Below, one piece after another: positions 37,740 to 51,323 of a stretch of 64,000 bases of DNA (within the stretch, counting starts at the first letter, position 1; the number at the start of each line of letters is the position of its first letter). The translations under genes and the position numbers were made by a program. The notes beneath the pieces were generated by a model. It saw only the letters and a program-made list of their open reading frames with translations. It did not search any database and had not been told where the DNA came from. The stretch covers positions 141,980,001 through 142,044,000 of the forward strand of contig NC_043000.1 of NCBI RefSeq assembly GCF_006345805.1, given 5' to 3'. This DNA is from Octopus sinensis (Eukaryota).

Positions 37740-38509
37740 TTTTATATATAACTTTACAAACCTTGTTCTCAAACTCTTTATATTTTAATTTTTGAGTAGC
37801 TGCAGGCCACAGAACCATCGGTTTCTTGCGCGTACTATCTAATACATCAATCTCATAACCTGCAGTTTACAGTCGGGAAGAGGCCTTTGCCATAGCATTT
37901 ATTAATTCGCTGTGGTTTGAGTCTGGGAAGGATTTGGCATTTGTTTTACGACCAGATGATCCACACTGCATTTAATGTGGAACACCGAGAATATGAAGTG
38001 CAGAATTGCATAGCGTTCTACAATTGCTGTATAATTAGTACGGCATTTTTACATATATGCAACATGTATGTTCGGTAAATCGATGAGCATCATACAGTTT
38101 TCTTTATTAATATTCATATATTTTTGTGTGTGAGTGAGTGGGCTTTTGTTTTGTGGTTGTGTGTGTGAAGGGGTTTGTGTGTATAGATAGGGAGATAGAT
38201 AGATAGATAGATAGATAGGGGAGGAGAGAGAGATAGGAAGAGAGAATTTTAAATTTCTCGGAAACCGAATACTGAATTTGCGAATGCATTTAATACAAGT
38301 ACATATGTTTCAATGTGTTACGTAACAGTTAGTTACAAATGAGGTATATTGGCAGATTTGAGTTTTCCGATATTTGGCTGATCAGAGTAATTATTCAAAA
38401 ATAATGTTTCTGAATATTTCGCAAACTGTATCACACAGTAAAAAATAGAAGGCAACAAATACATACGCATATGTGCGCACAGATCTACAACTATACTATT
38501 TTAATATTA

Positions 38510-38955
38510 GTTTCAAATTTTGTCACAAAGCCGGCAGTTTCGTGAGGTGAGAGTAAGTCAATTCTATTGATCCCTGTGATCAAATGGTATTTATTCTATC
38601 GACCCAGAAAGAATGAAAGGCAAAGTCGATCTTGGCGGAATTTGAACTCAGAGCATAAAGGCGAACGAAATGGCGCTAAGCATTTTGCCCGGTATAGTAA
38701 GGATTCTGACAGCACACTGCCTTAAATACGTTTCTTAATATTCCTTTCTGCTATAGGAAGAAACAGCAGAATTTTCGAGGAAGGTATATTTCGAATACAT
38801 AGAACCCCAATGGTTACCTAGTACTTATTTAATCGACCCCGAAATAATAAAATGCAAAGTCGACCATGGTTGAATTTGAACTTCGATAAAGGCGGTTGAA
38901 ATACCGCTAAGCATTTTGCCCGGCGCGGTAACGAATATGCCAGCTCACCGACTTA
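38510..38955 (-). mobile_element. Two adjacent degenerate SINE family A copies
   Basis: Body and head matches at ~38510-38722 and ~38745-38953. Confidence 0.8.
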
Positions 38956-41424
38956 AATATATGTCTTTATATTAAAAGTAATTAAATGTAATTCAATTAT
39001 ATATCAATTCATGTTTCTGAAAGTGTCTGGCAGAATATATTTCAATCTAATCCAAGCAAAAATATAAACTCCTTATAGAATAACCATTTTCATGAATAAG
39101 ATTTAAACTGTATCCGGTGTGGGCCCCTAGTTCAGATGTTTTGAGGAGTGCTGAATCACCTCTACCCACAATCGTTTTGCTTTGTACCGGATATTAGCAC
39201 CTATTGCAGTCCCTGCTCCAAGTTAACTATCATGTGTACCACCCATATGAAACCTAGGCTATGCATGCTACAATAATTGGTGGTGACATTCTCAGCAAAT
39301 TCTCTAATACGGTCGACAATCGACGGCAAGATGAGCTGTTACAAATCACACTACCCCAAAGTAAATAAGTAATAGGGGATCATATGTATAGTTGTATTCC
39401 CACTAAAACTGTGAACATGAACTCTACTCTTGAACAGCATATGGCGGCCATGGCTTTGACGTCACCGCTATCCTATGAGCTTGCTCTACCAGTTTTGCAT
39501 ATGTCGAATTTTCAAGCTGAAATTTCGACCGGTTGGTGGAAGTATTACTTTGTGTGCTGAAAGTTTAAGGCCAACTGTCGGATGTGGATTCTGCGGTAGG
39601 ATCCGGCTCAAGCAACACCGGTGAATGCCGCCGCATGTACAAGTAAATACAAGTATAAAATAGCCATAATCGTTCCCTTAATGTGTGTTCGTTATGAACT
39701 TTTAATCAGAACCGCCATCACAATGACGATAATCAGAAACGGAATACTGGCTATCATGTTGTAAAATGTATTTAATCGGAGCGTAGGGAATGTCCTGAAT
39801 TTATTGTCAAGCAACTAAGTGCATTTTAATATTTCATACATTATTAGAAAAGTTCTCTACGTCTCTATGCTGTTGCTTATTCTCTATTCAAAATCTAACC
39901 AAGATCTAGTAGTGTATCCAGAGATGAGTTTAATGTGATTAAATAAGATTTTTAATAGAATCTATAAACAAGCGGGCGGTTTGAGCTTTGATGCTGTCTA
40001 TTTACGTCGGGAACATTTTATATTACTTCCTTTCTCTTGGCAACCCAACAGAGAGTGTTCCAAACTTCTCCGCTTCTAAATAAATAAACAATACTCGCAA
40101 ATTCTTTACACTGTTCCGTGGAAACCCTCTAATCTGCTCTATATAAAGCAGTAATAGAATGTTTCTGTAAACGACTCCAAAGAAGCTTATTCATTGCAGA
40201 TTATGTATAGTTTTAAAGTAGCCCTTTATATATGAAATGGTTATCTGCCAAGTCTTGAACCTTTGTTAGTATCTCCATCTACAGTTAAGGCACTGTTTAC
40301 TTGAGCTTTTAGAGAATAATATATCTTCATTAGTGAAATACGTGAGCTATTGATTGGCTCGTTTAATAGACTGACTTCCTCTAGAGATATTCCCATTCTT
40401 TCGCTGCATTTAGAATATAGCTAAATCCATATTGATCCAACATTTAACGCTTGCGTTTCTTTGTTCTTTTAATGGAATTTCGAATCCGGTTGCTTTAATG
40501 TTTGCATTCAATATCGTCTTTCACAACTTTCACTTTATCAATACACGATAGAATGGATAAACGATAGCCTATTTTCTCTAGCGAAACGGTTTCTAATCGC
40601 TTTACCATTCCTACGTGATTTGGTTTGAAGGGTATTTTTCACTTCTTGCTACCTGCCATTGCTTTAATTAACTTATACATATGTTTCATCATTCCATTAT
40701 AGTCAATGATAAATACGTAGAATCAGTCTGTCGATCTTGTGACTCGCGAGTTTGTTCACTTGATAATGATTAATTCCATGATTTATTGATTACAAAATAT
40801 GTTGCGAAAACATTCTCTATGTAAATTACCACAGCATAGTACAGTAAGTTGACATTAATATGGCTTATGCTAAGATAAATTTAAGAGTGCTTAACGGACA
40901 GTGAATTGGCATACACTGAACTGACAATCATTTCAAAACTGAAGAACAGCAGGTATTGCGGATATAGCTGTAGTATTGCCTCATACCACCCCGATCAGGA
41001 AATCCTGTAATAAAAAGCATACAATACTTCATGCTTTTCTGAGATTATTTTGATCAATATTCCCAGACATTGGAGGGAAATATGAATATTACCAACGTGC
41101 CCTGATATTGCATACAGGCTCAGGTAATCAGAATTTGGATAAATATTATTTATTTATCACTTCCATCCATTTCAGTAGGGAATCACCATATATTTTGGAC
41201 TCATGAACATATCTATATATTTGTGAGCTTGCTGAAAAATCTCAAGAGTTTAATTTTTTTTTTTTTTTTAGGTTTTCGAAAATAATGCTTTGGGAGTGAT
41301 TATTTTCCTGTTCAATATACAAATGTGTGTGTGTGCGTGTGAGTGTGTGTGAAGGTGTTTGAAGGGAATTTTCTAACAAGGCACACAAGACAAACTTTCA
41401 GAGGCTTGGTGTACTTCTGGGGAA

Positions 41425-42060
41425 GTAACGAGTTCGACGAAGTTCTTTCTGCCTCCTCTTTCTGCGATATGGGTTCATTTGACATCGCCGATAACAATTT
41501 GGCGAAACGCTTTTGGAAGACCTACTCATCTACACCTTTCAAATCTATGAGGTTGATTAGCAGAATGTTGAATAATGGTTGAGCATCTTTTGCAGTACCT
41601 AGTCATAACGCTGTTGTAGCTGTCTGAGACATCTGCTCCCGGAAGACATGTTGTGTGTTTGCGAGTGTGTTATTTTCCTTCAGTAATGTGATCAGCCACT
41701 TTTCTACAATGCTTTCCACCGCTTTGCTAACACGTGCAATATTCTTCCGTCTTCCTTTATGGATAGAACCTATTATGCCTTCTAACAATTTGGGAAATTT
41801 ACCGCACGAAAGGAATATCTGAAAAAGTGTCTAAAGTGTTTTTGTGAGAGCTTTTCAGCATATCTTTAAAAGACCAGCTTTTATATTGATATAAACGATG
41901 GCTGCCTGCTTCCTATGTAAACCTGCGGTATTGCAAAAATCGTCGGGCTTGACTATTTGCATATTTCCTGTTGGAGAGAGGCGAAAACTCTTTCGAATTC
42001 TTTATTAGCACCTCAGTTATCCTGCTAGGGTCTACAGTTAGCGATCCGTCTCCTTCAAAC
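41425..42060 (-). mobile_element. Old CR1-like LINE remnant with large internal deletion
   Basis: GKFPKLLEGIIGSIHKG...NTQHVFR (RT N-terminus) joined to LFNILLINLIDLKGVDE...NEPISQKE...SSNSLL (C-terminus homologous to 53700-53840). Confidence 0.7.
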
Positions 42061-42099
42061 ACTGTGGCCTTATCTTGTCGTGCACTACCGCCTTAAAAG

Positions 42100-42345
42100 T
42101 TTTTACGAGGACATAAAAACACTAGCAACATTTGTCAAGCGATGGCGGAGGGGGAGGACTAACACACATGCATATAAACACATATTTACACACACACACA
42201 CACACACACACATACACACACACACACACAAATATAGGACAGACTTTTCGCGCACAATGTTTGGTCGGCCCGATGCTACGTTAGAAGACACTTGCCCAAG
42301 ATGCCACACAATAGGACTGAACCTAGAACAATGTTGTTAGGAAGG
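42100..42345 (-). mobile_element. Degenerate partial SINE family B
   Basis: gaagacacttgcccaagatgccac...gactgaacc match. Confidence 0.7.
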
Positions 42346-42736
42346 AAGCGCCAATGTAAGTAGTTTTTTTTTTTTTTGTTTAATATAATTTCTTCTTAGG
42401 AGTGTTCAGTCGGTCACTGATAAAGGAACAAGACTTTTGAGTTAAGAGAGTTCCCGGCGTTTTTAAATATGTCGCTGAGTCGATGTGTTGGTTGTACTGT
42501 CGATGTATACACACAAGTGATTGCATCTATTCACAGAAAAATCTGACACTGAAAATCTTTGGAACGTCTTACAAATTTTCATTGCGCTACTAATAGATTG
42601 GATTAAAAAAATCGCATCAATTTCCCCTGCTCTTTGCGCGTGAAACCGAGTATTTCAAAATTTTTCTTGTGCAAATTTGTTGGTACATAACTTAATGCCT
42701 CTATGTTGATAGGTGCAAATGAAAATTCATTGTCTA

Positions 42737-42812
42737 GTATGTATGTATGCATGTATGTATGTATGTATGTATGTATGTATGTATGTATGTATGTATGTAT
42801 GTATGTATGTAT
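42737..42812. repeat. (ATGT)n microsatellite
   Basis: Direct reading; degenerate continuation at 43238-43330. Confidence 0.95.
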
Positions 42813-43237
42813 ACTCTTTACTCTTTTTACTCTTTTACTTGTTTCAGTCATTTGACTGCGGCCATGCTGGAGCACCGCCTTTAATCGAGCAAATCGACCC
42901 CGGGACTTATTCTTTGTAAGCCCAGTACTTATTCTATCGGTCTCTTTTGCCGAACCGCTAAGTGACGGGGACGTAAACACACCAGCATCGGTTGTCAAGC
43001 AATGCTAAGGGAAGAAACACAGACACACAAACATGCACACACATACACACATAAATATATATATACATATATACGACAGGCTTCTTTCAGTTTCCGTCTA
43101 CCAAATCCACTCACAAGGCATTGGTCGGCCCGGGGCTATAGCAGAAGACACTTGCCCAAGATGCCACGCAGTGGGACTGAACCCAGAACCATGTGGTTGG
43201 TTAGCAAGCTACTTACCACACAGCCACTCCTGCGCCT
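42813..43237 (-). mobile_element. SINE family B, full length, inside an (ATGT)n tract
   Basis: Complete; carries the AAGTAGCTTGCTAACC head variant. Confidence 0.95.
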
Positions 43238-45110
43238 ATGTATGTACGTATGTGTGTATGTATGTACGTATGCATGCATGTATGTATGCATTTATGTACG
43301 TGTGTACGTATCGATTCATGTATGTATACAGGCATATGCTGAATTTGCAAGTTTACAATCACTTTTATCTTCTTACGTTTACTACATGCAAATAAACACT
43401 TATCTTTTGCGATAGAAGTGCTTTTCTTCTCTCTGCCATAAAATGAGGATGTTTCTCATTGCAGTTATCATTTATTCGTTCTTCATGAAGACCTGGTCTC
43501 TATAAAGTTAGATAATAGTGTGTCCCGCCTCTTTCAGTATTTCTAAATGTATGAAACTTCTTGACAAAATACTGCTTAAACCCAACTTTTGTGGGGGTCA
43601 ACAAATGCTCTCGGAACAGCTATGTAGTTGAAATTAATTTGAATAGAGTTAATCAAAGCATTTCGAAGACAAGTTCCGAGGAGAGGAGGATTTCGAAATA
43701 GATTGAGATATGCTTTCTATAGGAATAAAGGGATTTGTTGCTTTAATGGAGTAAATATTTTTGGTATTAAACTTGCTGATGATATTTGTGTTCTTGTTAT
43801 GAAGCTTATAATCTTTATGATTTATCAGGAAATGAACAGAAATTTTATAAACGAAATACCGAGCAAAATGGGAAATCATATTTAAAATAAACGACATTTT
43901 ATACAATAAAATATTTTAAAATCTACTTTTACGCTTTGTTCGAATCCAGCAGTGTATTATATCTGTGAAACCACGATTATGAATTGTTTCGATTTAATAA
44001 GGAGAAGCACTACTGAACGCAGCTTCTTCCGATATTGAAGAAGATATCAACTTCTAAATATTGGATATTAGATTTTTGAAGATTGTGGAGTGTGATTCTA
44101 ATCATTATTTATTAAAATTATCTTTCATTTGTTTTCCTATAAAGCTTGAATTTATCCGTTTCAATATAGAATAACTTAACGTACAGAAGGTTATGTCTAT
44201 TAAGATCAGTAGTGACGTACGTTCTTAAATCTCCCTGACTAAATAACTACATAAGACCTTTTCTAAATCTATGAATAACGTGGTCGTTCGTGTTCATAAT
44301 CTCTGTATAAACCCGTTATGAAACAGAGACTTTTCTGTGAAGAATTTTGTAAATATAAATCACAATAATTTCGTCCCCAACATCTCACTCCATGATGATA
44401 TGAATCAATTCAGTTTCGTCTTTCTATCCCACAGTAAATTATAAAAGAACGCTAAATTTTACTGCATGTACATCTACTGATATATTAGATAATTATTTGA
44501 TTATTTGGTGGGTTGTTGATAACAAATTTTAAAGATTTATGAAATTATATTATTGTGAGAAATAGCATTGCTCTGTCTCAAATTAGGTAAAATTCCTAAG
44601 CTGTTTAATTTTGATGCGGTCAGTCACTTAACTGCAAGCACACTAAGGGGTTACTTGAAACTGTACTATGGATATTTTGGAAACTATCCTAAACAGACCA
44701 TGAGCACGAACACTCACCCCTTCTCTCAGCATTTTCCAGGTTATCGCTCAGCAGTGTGGGTTAAAATAAAAATCACTTGTGAGTTCCTAATAACTTATGA
44801 ACTACCTCGAAATTGTCCTTCGCTTCTTGTTCAAAAAGTATATGTTCATTCAGTATAAGCTCGTTAAACGCACGCGTGTAGACGTATTCATTAAGAATCC
44901 ACAATCAGATCGCATTGCTTTCATACATATTTATGTATGAACATAACATATACATGCTCAAAAGCATACACTCGCGCGCATCCAAAGGCAACTTTTTTTC
45001 AATGTTACAGGTGTATTTATCTAATCTTTCTCTGCTGTCACTACAGTTATACTGCGTTTGAAATTTAATTTTTGTCTATAAACACCATCTCATTCCACGC
45101 TTCCACAGTT

Positions 45111-45112
45111 TG

Positions 45113-45164
<52 letters not shown>

Positions 45165-45167
45165 TAT
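45111..45167. repeat. (TA)n microsatellite
   Basis: Direct reading. Confidence 0.95.
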
Positions 45168-48059
45168 GCCCTACCACTTGCATGGACCCACATAATAGTC
45201 TACATACGATTTTTTACAATAATAATTGTAAGATGTTTGTGCACGTATTTATATATGTATGTATCTTTGTATTATAAAACCCAAGCGTCAAATATAGTCG
45301 TTATATATGGTAGAATGCTTTTATTAGAGGCCAAGACATTATTCCATCTCTACGAATTTCCATATCCGTTCTACGCACAGAAACACACACACGTACATAC
45401 TCACCCGTCATTGATTGTGTCTTGCTAATAACGACAGCGTTCTTTATCTGTAATGTGTTGCTGAAAGCAATATATAAGAAATTATTCTTGTTGCTTTAGA
45501 AATCTATTACTATTCAGTTGGTCGGTTAATATTTCTCATCATACGGAATCTGTGTCCTAGTTTAGCAGCTTGTCACTAATTGAGGGTGTCTGCAGACAAC
45601 ATTTCTCTATAAATGCAACTGTTGCCCAGAGCATTGCACACAGATTGGCATTGCCTGTCGGTGAATATCTTATGTCCACTAATGCCAGTTGACACTCAGA
45701 TAAAATGTCGTCAGAACAAGAGCATTTAAAATATTAACCAAGAGTCCTTCGGCCGCCAGCGCTAAGATAATATTGTCAGAATATAAATGACAAGAAGATG
45801 TCTATTACTGTACAGTAAAATCATTACTTTTGTTTAAGGTGATTAAAAGTGATAAGAAACTGTGGAATGTATGAAAGAATCCGTTATGTAAATGATTAAT
45901 TATTCAAATAGAGACACTATGTCTATAATTCGCTCAAGGTAAGAGAGCAACGGCCTAGATAATGTTCATTATCTGATCCGTCATAAGCTTCCTTTGCGTT
46001 CAAATGTCAACCAGATCGCTTCTGTTTTTCTTTTGTCATAAAGAGATAAAACTATTAGTTTAAGAAAGGCATTAAAATATCTCTATTACAAACAGCTTTC
46101 TGCCGTAGTAAAGAAGCTAATGAATAGCAAATGATGAAGCTATGATCAGTCTCAGAATTGTTTTCAGCTAACTAGTTTCGATTACTAGTAGGGACCACTG
46201 AATTTTACTTAAGCAGTTTAGTAAAAAGCATCTTCATCAAACACATTTCTGATCTGAAATATTTAGCTCCTAACTGTTAGAAACTAATATTATTCAAAAA
46301 ACTACAAAAATAGTCTATTCTAACATGTGAATTAAACATAATTATTCAACAAGCTAACTAGCTAATCATTATAGCAGTGACTTTTCTGAAGGCATTCTGC
46401 ACTAAAAAGCCAATACGAGGGTTTCTCTCATGAAACTTTCCTCAGGAAAGTTTTGTTCTAACAAATCATCCATGTTTATGCATTGATAAATATTATCTCT
46501 CGGTATTAATACTACCTCTGTCGCTAATATATACATTTTAACTAGCTAACTGACTAATGGTGACACCATTTCCTGTTCTGGCATTGATAATATATACAAG
46601 ACGCAGTTGACACGTCATCCTCTAATAAAACAATGTAGAAATCATGTACTAAACCCATTGTATCCAACAACTATACCTTTCCCCAAATTGTTTTGTCGTA
46701 TACAAAACGATTTCAAGAGCACTACGAATGAAACAACACCTATGGCGATGGACAGCAGAAGCGTTGAAGTGAGGAGAAAATCCCTCTCCTATTTAATACC
46801 AATCTCTCTGTTCTCAATTTCAAATCCTCCCAGTTAAACTTTGACTTTAATATTTCCATGTTTGAGGAAATATCATATCAGGCAATTTCTAGTATCCGAA
46901 ACAATAGACTGTTAATTTATGCCAGCAAAGAGCTCAGATAATATGTGAAGTGAAATAACACTTGGACTACTCTTAGTGCTAACTATCTGTAATATTCTAT
47001 GTTACAATTGTACACACTCACATATCTTGTCGGTCACTTGTAAGCATATATACAAACGTACACACCTGCGTGTTTGCCTTTCACTGTCTCTGTCTCTTTT
47101 TCTCTCCCTCTCTTTTATTCTCTCTATCTCTAAAATTTCACTTCACTTAATAAGATAATGCAATAACGCCACCACCAAAAAATAAAACCAAAAAACAGCT
47201 AGTGTACAAGGATGAAAAGCTTGATTACGATTATATATTTATGCCATATATTTAACTGAACCGAAATGATTTCAGATAATTAACTGAGCCAAAATGATGG
47301 ATTAATTAAGCCTAATTACAATGAGTGAAACCTGCATTTCGTTAATATTTTTTGACTGATCCACCCAATCTGCTCAATACCAATTAACCTAAGACGTTTA
47401 ATAGAAAGCAAAGTGGGATATAATATTAAAATATCTTTCTGCTGAATGTCCTTTCTGGTCGTTTAATGCCCCTGGAAAACCCATTCTTCTGGTTGATTTT
47501 GTCTTAAATCATTAACTATTATTGTATGTTCACATACTCTTCCTACTCAGCAAACTACAGTACTGGGCTCCTTTAATCTCTGATCAACCGGCCAAAAGAC
47601 AAGATCTGTTTATTACATAGTACCATGACCGAGAAACACTCCAGACAACTGACTTATAAAAAGTAATCCGTATTAAAATACGATTTGTCATTTAAAATGT
47701 GCGGCTATCGTCTAGACCCTTGGTTCCCAAAATGACGTCCGCAGACTCCTGGGTGTCCATGAAGCGATTTTAAGAGATCTGCGAAGGGATCGTCAATTTT
47801 CAGATTTTTAATGTTCAAAAACCTAGGCTTTCAGGTTTTAGATAAAACTGGAATCATTGAACAGGCCAGTGATACGCAGAACCCCTAATTTACGTGTTAA
47901 AAAAAAGACATCTGACAGATAGAGTGCATTTGAGGCGATGCGTCGCGACGCGCGCATGACGGACGCGAACGTACTTGAATGCAGGCGTTTCTCTGCGGCT
48001 TTTTCGATCATTGTTGGGGTATGGGTGCAACAAGTATAAGCAACATTGAAAATTGGCAA

Positions 48060-48666
48060 TGCAACAGCCCAGAATATACCCCTGCCAAGACAATACCCAC
48101 ACCAGACAATCAGCTAAAAGATGCTAGCAGACGAATAACACTGATGTACCTCACGTATAAAGGTTGCCGCAGGACATAAGATTTGATATCACTCAACGAA
48201 GATTTAAAAGTTACATGTAAATTTCGATTTAAACATATTCAATGCACCAATATGAACCCAGTGTATAGGTAGATTTTGGAAAAAAACTGACGACTCGCAC
48301 ATGCTGCGCAGCGCACTTATTCTATGTGTAATAGTCTAGACTCGCACAAATGTGGCCATTCGTGCTGGGTTTATATTGGGTACATTTTGAAGTAATTTGC
48401 ATTTGATAATTCTAAATTACTATGTCTAAATTGAAATTCACATGTAACACTTCATTCTTCATCGGTTGATATCAAATTTTATATATGTTCTGATGCAACT
48501 TTTATAAGTGGAGTGCATCTGTGGTATTTATCCACAAGCATGGGATATAGTCTGGACAGGGGTATTTTCTGGTCTGTCTGTCTGTCTGTCTGGAGGTGGT
48601 ATAGTCTGGGCTAACCCAGACAAGCTCCGGGTAGAGTCTCGACAGGGGTATATTCTGAGCTGTTAC
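48060..48666. repeat. Segment bounded by ~38-bp imperfect inverted repeats (possible MITE)
   Basis: aacagcccagaatatacccctg (48063-48084) vs caggggtatattctgagctgtt (48642-48663); third partial copy at ~48543-48578. Confidence 0.5.
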
Positions 48667-49937
48667 AAAGGCCGTAACACCGGCGTATTGATGACATAGA
48701 CCACAAAGGTGGTTTATGAAGAGGTTGCGATTTATTTTCATCATCACACATTTACGAACGCCTATATTTTCGACATGTTTATCATCGTAAGTTGATTCTT
48801 GATATTACTTATGACAATCTAGTAGCGCTGTAAGAATTAAGACGTTCGTTCCACATAAAGAACCTAGCGACTTTAAGTTGAAGTTTTTTAAGGTAGCTAC
48901 ATGGGGTTACAATGGTAAGAAACTTGACCTAAGTTCAACTGAATGACTAAAATGAGGATACTGAAGTAAAACAAAATGAATAAAATTCAAAGTAACGTCT
49001 GCATGAATATGGAATTACCGTACACGAAAATATTGGAGGGGGTCCGTAGTACGAAAATTTTGAAATTGTTTGGGAACCAAGATTCTACAGTGAAAGTACA
49101 TTTCAGCAGCTTAGACTTATTGAAGCATTCCAGTTTCAGTATCATCTCCCAAAAAACTACGTCACTACAGATGTCTGGTTTGCTCTACGGAGTTATCGTT
49201 TATTAATCCTAAATAATTTTGATCCTGCTATCTATTTCGTATTTGGTCTATCAACAATTTATTTGGTCTATCAACAAATAGACCAAATAAATATTGCATA
49301 AATAAATACAGTGTATAAATTATTTCGGCAAACTTAATGTACAAGTGGCGGGGGCTGAAGATTCCCTGGCTTTAGGTCACAGAAAATTCAGGAGGATCAA
49401 TTAATTATGATTTCATTCAATATATTTACCTCTTAGATTCACACATTTATTGCAGCGGTCCTTCAATTTTTTCTAAGCTCTGTAAAAGAACTCGGAAGCT
49501 GGTGCCTCCAACCAGGCCTTTCGCAACGCCCGTAAAGAAGGAACTTTTCCAAACCCATTCGTATATGCGTATTTATGCGCTGTTAAACTACGGCACTTCG
49601 TCCAAGATAAACCAATTTCAAAATGTATTGTATTTAACAAGACAACACACCTCGATGCTTGGAGAAACGAAATTAGCACGGAAGTGAGAGTAACAGGTAT
49701 CAATATTTCGCAGTAATTTCCGCTCTTTAGAGCTACACACTGAAACATCGCCAAAATTACCTGATTCAGTTAGGTAAAAGTATATATACAAAAATCATAT
49801 AAGCCCTTTGCTGATACGTATATGTGTCGCATCCTGAAAAGAAAACAATATATTTTTAGAAGCAGCTTGGTTTGAGGCGATTTCGTTTCGCCGACTTTGG
49901 AGTCATGCAGTTATCTTTAAACACAATGCGCCTTTAA

Positions 49938-50157
49938 CCATTTAGCATTTAAACCGGCCATATCCGGCCAAAAGTATTCTACTTGTTTTATGTTCAAACT
50001 GGCCAGATCTGGTCTCTCACACCAGCCCTACAATATCGTTTTAAAATTAACAGCTACCTCATCATAATCTCATAGCTACAAGATGATGCATGATTAGTTT
50101 AAGGCAATATGGATAAAAAAGGATTAATTTGGGCAGAATAATGTGAACACTTAAGGG
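49938..50157. mobile_element. piggyBac-like MITE
   Basis: TTAA at 49934-49937 and 50158-50161; termini ccatttag... / ...ttaaggg. Confidence 0.7.
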
Positions 50158-51181
50158 TTAAAGGGTCGTCACTGGATGAAGTACCGCAGCTTTATTGCGT
50201 TTAACTACGCACATATATTAAGCGTAGTGTATTGATATTGTTTACACTTTTTTAGCTGCTTCACACAAAGTTTATAACTATGTATAAATGAAGATCGATT
50301 GTGTACATATTTGATTCAGTAAATTGAAAATTGTAACTTCAGTATGATAAAATAAGAATGATACCAGTAATAAGATTGGGAATTTTTCACCGAATACATA
50401 TTTTGAATTATCAAGAGGATAGATATTTCATACTTCAACATTGAAAAAAAGATTATACGCATAATTATGGACAAAAGATACACACGCAGAAGCAATTTTA
50501 ATCCTATTTGAAAACAACAGGAATGCACGAAAATACACGTGATTCTCTCCATGAGTTGGAGGAAATATAGAGTAAGATAAGAGTGATGAAATGGAACAAA
50601 AAAAAAAAAAAGAAAGCCATTTGGTATAATACAATGTGAAAAAACACAAAGAAATATAAATGAATATCAAACTACAACAGAAAGAGAAAAGGAAAATACA
50701 AACCAGGAAAAAATAGTTGCTATGTGAGAAGACAAAGTTTGTAAAAATAAACAAACCCGAGTTGAAAGTCGTGACAGTAAGACATTAGTATTTGAACGTA
50801 TAATCAAAGTTAGTTTCTCTCATACTGTCTTCTTCAGTCATTGAAGTCACCCTAAGGGTCTTTATTCATGCAGATAAATAAGCCTAATTCTGATCAAACA
50901 GTGCCTAAGGGCCTTGATATTTATGAATCATTTATTACATCCGTAGAATCACATAGCTATTGGGAATAAATCTCGAACTAAATAAAGACATATGCAAATA
51001 AACAGAATGAAAGCAGAAATTACACACCAAATAATATGCTACTCATTAGAATCTGGAAATGTTTGTGCTTTGTAATGATGTGCGTATGTGTATACGGGCT
51101 GCATGTATGAATGCCCTTAAGTTTATGTGCGAATATGTTTAGCTGTAAGTTTGTCTTTCTAATTAATACACTTATATAAAT

Positions 51182-51198
51182 ACACACACACACACATA

Positions 51199-51250
<52 letters not shown>

Positions 51251-51290
51251 TCTATAGAATTATATATGTATATATATGTGTGTGTGTAAA
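51182..51290. repeat. (CA)n/(TA)n microsatellite
   Basis: Direct reading. Confidence 0.9.
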
Positions 51291-51323
51291 TGCCTACGTG
51301 CATATATATATCATATATTATAG

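Noticed and set aside
39100-39700. Slightly GC-richer stretch as a possible exon or TE
   Set aside because: The frames examined contain stops and no recognisable motif.
43703-43885. RT YADD-like motif (KLADDIC)
   Set aside because: No convincing flanking RT motifs.
47890-48102. piggyBac transposase-like WVL...GY motif
   Set aside because: It coincides with the inverted-repeat motif of the 48060-48666 segment and no DDD motifs are present.
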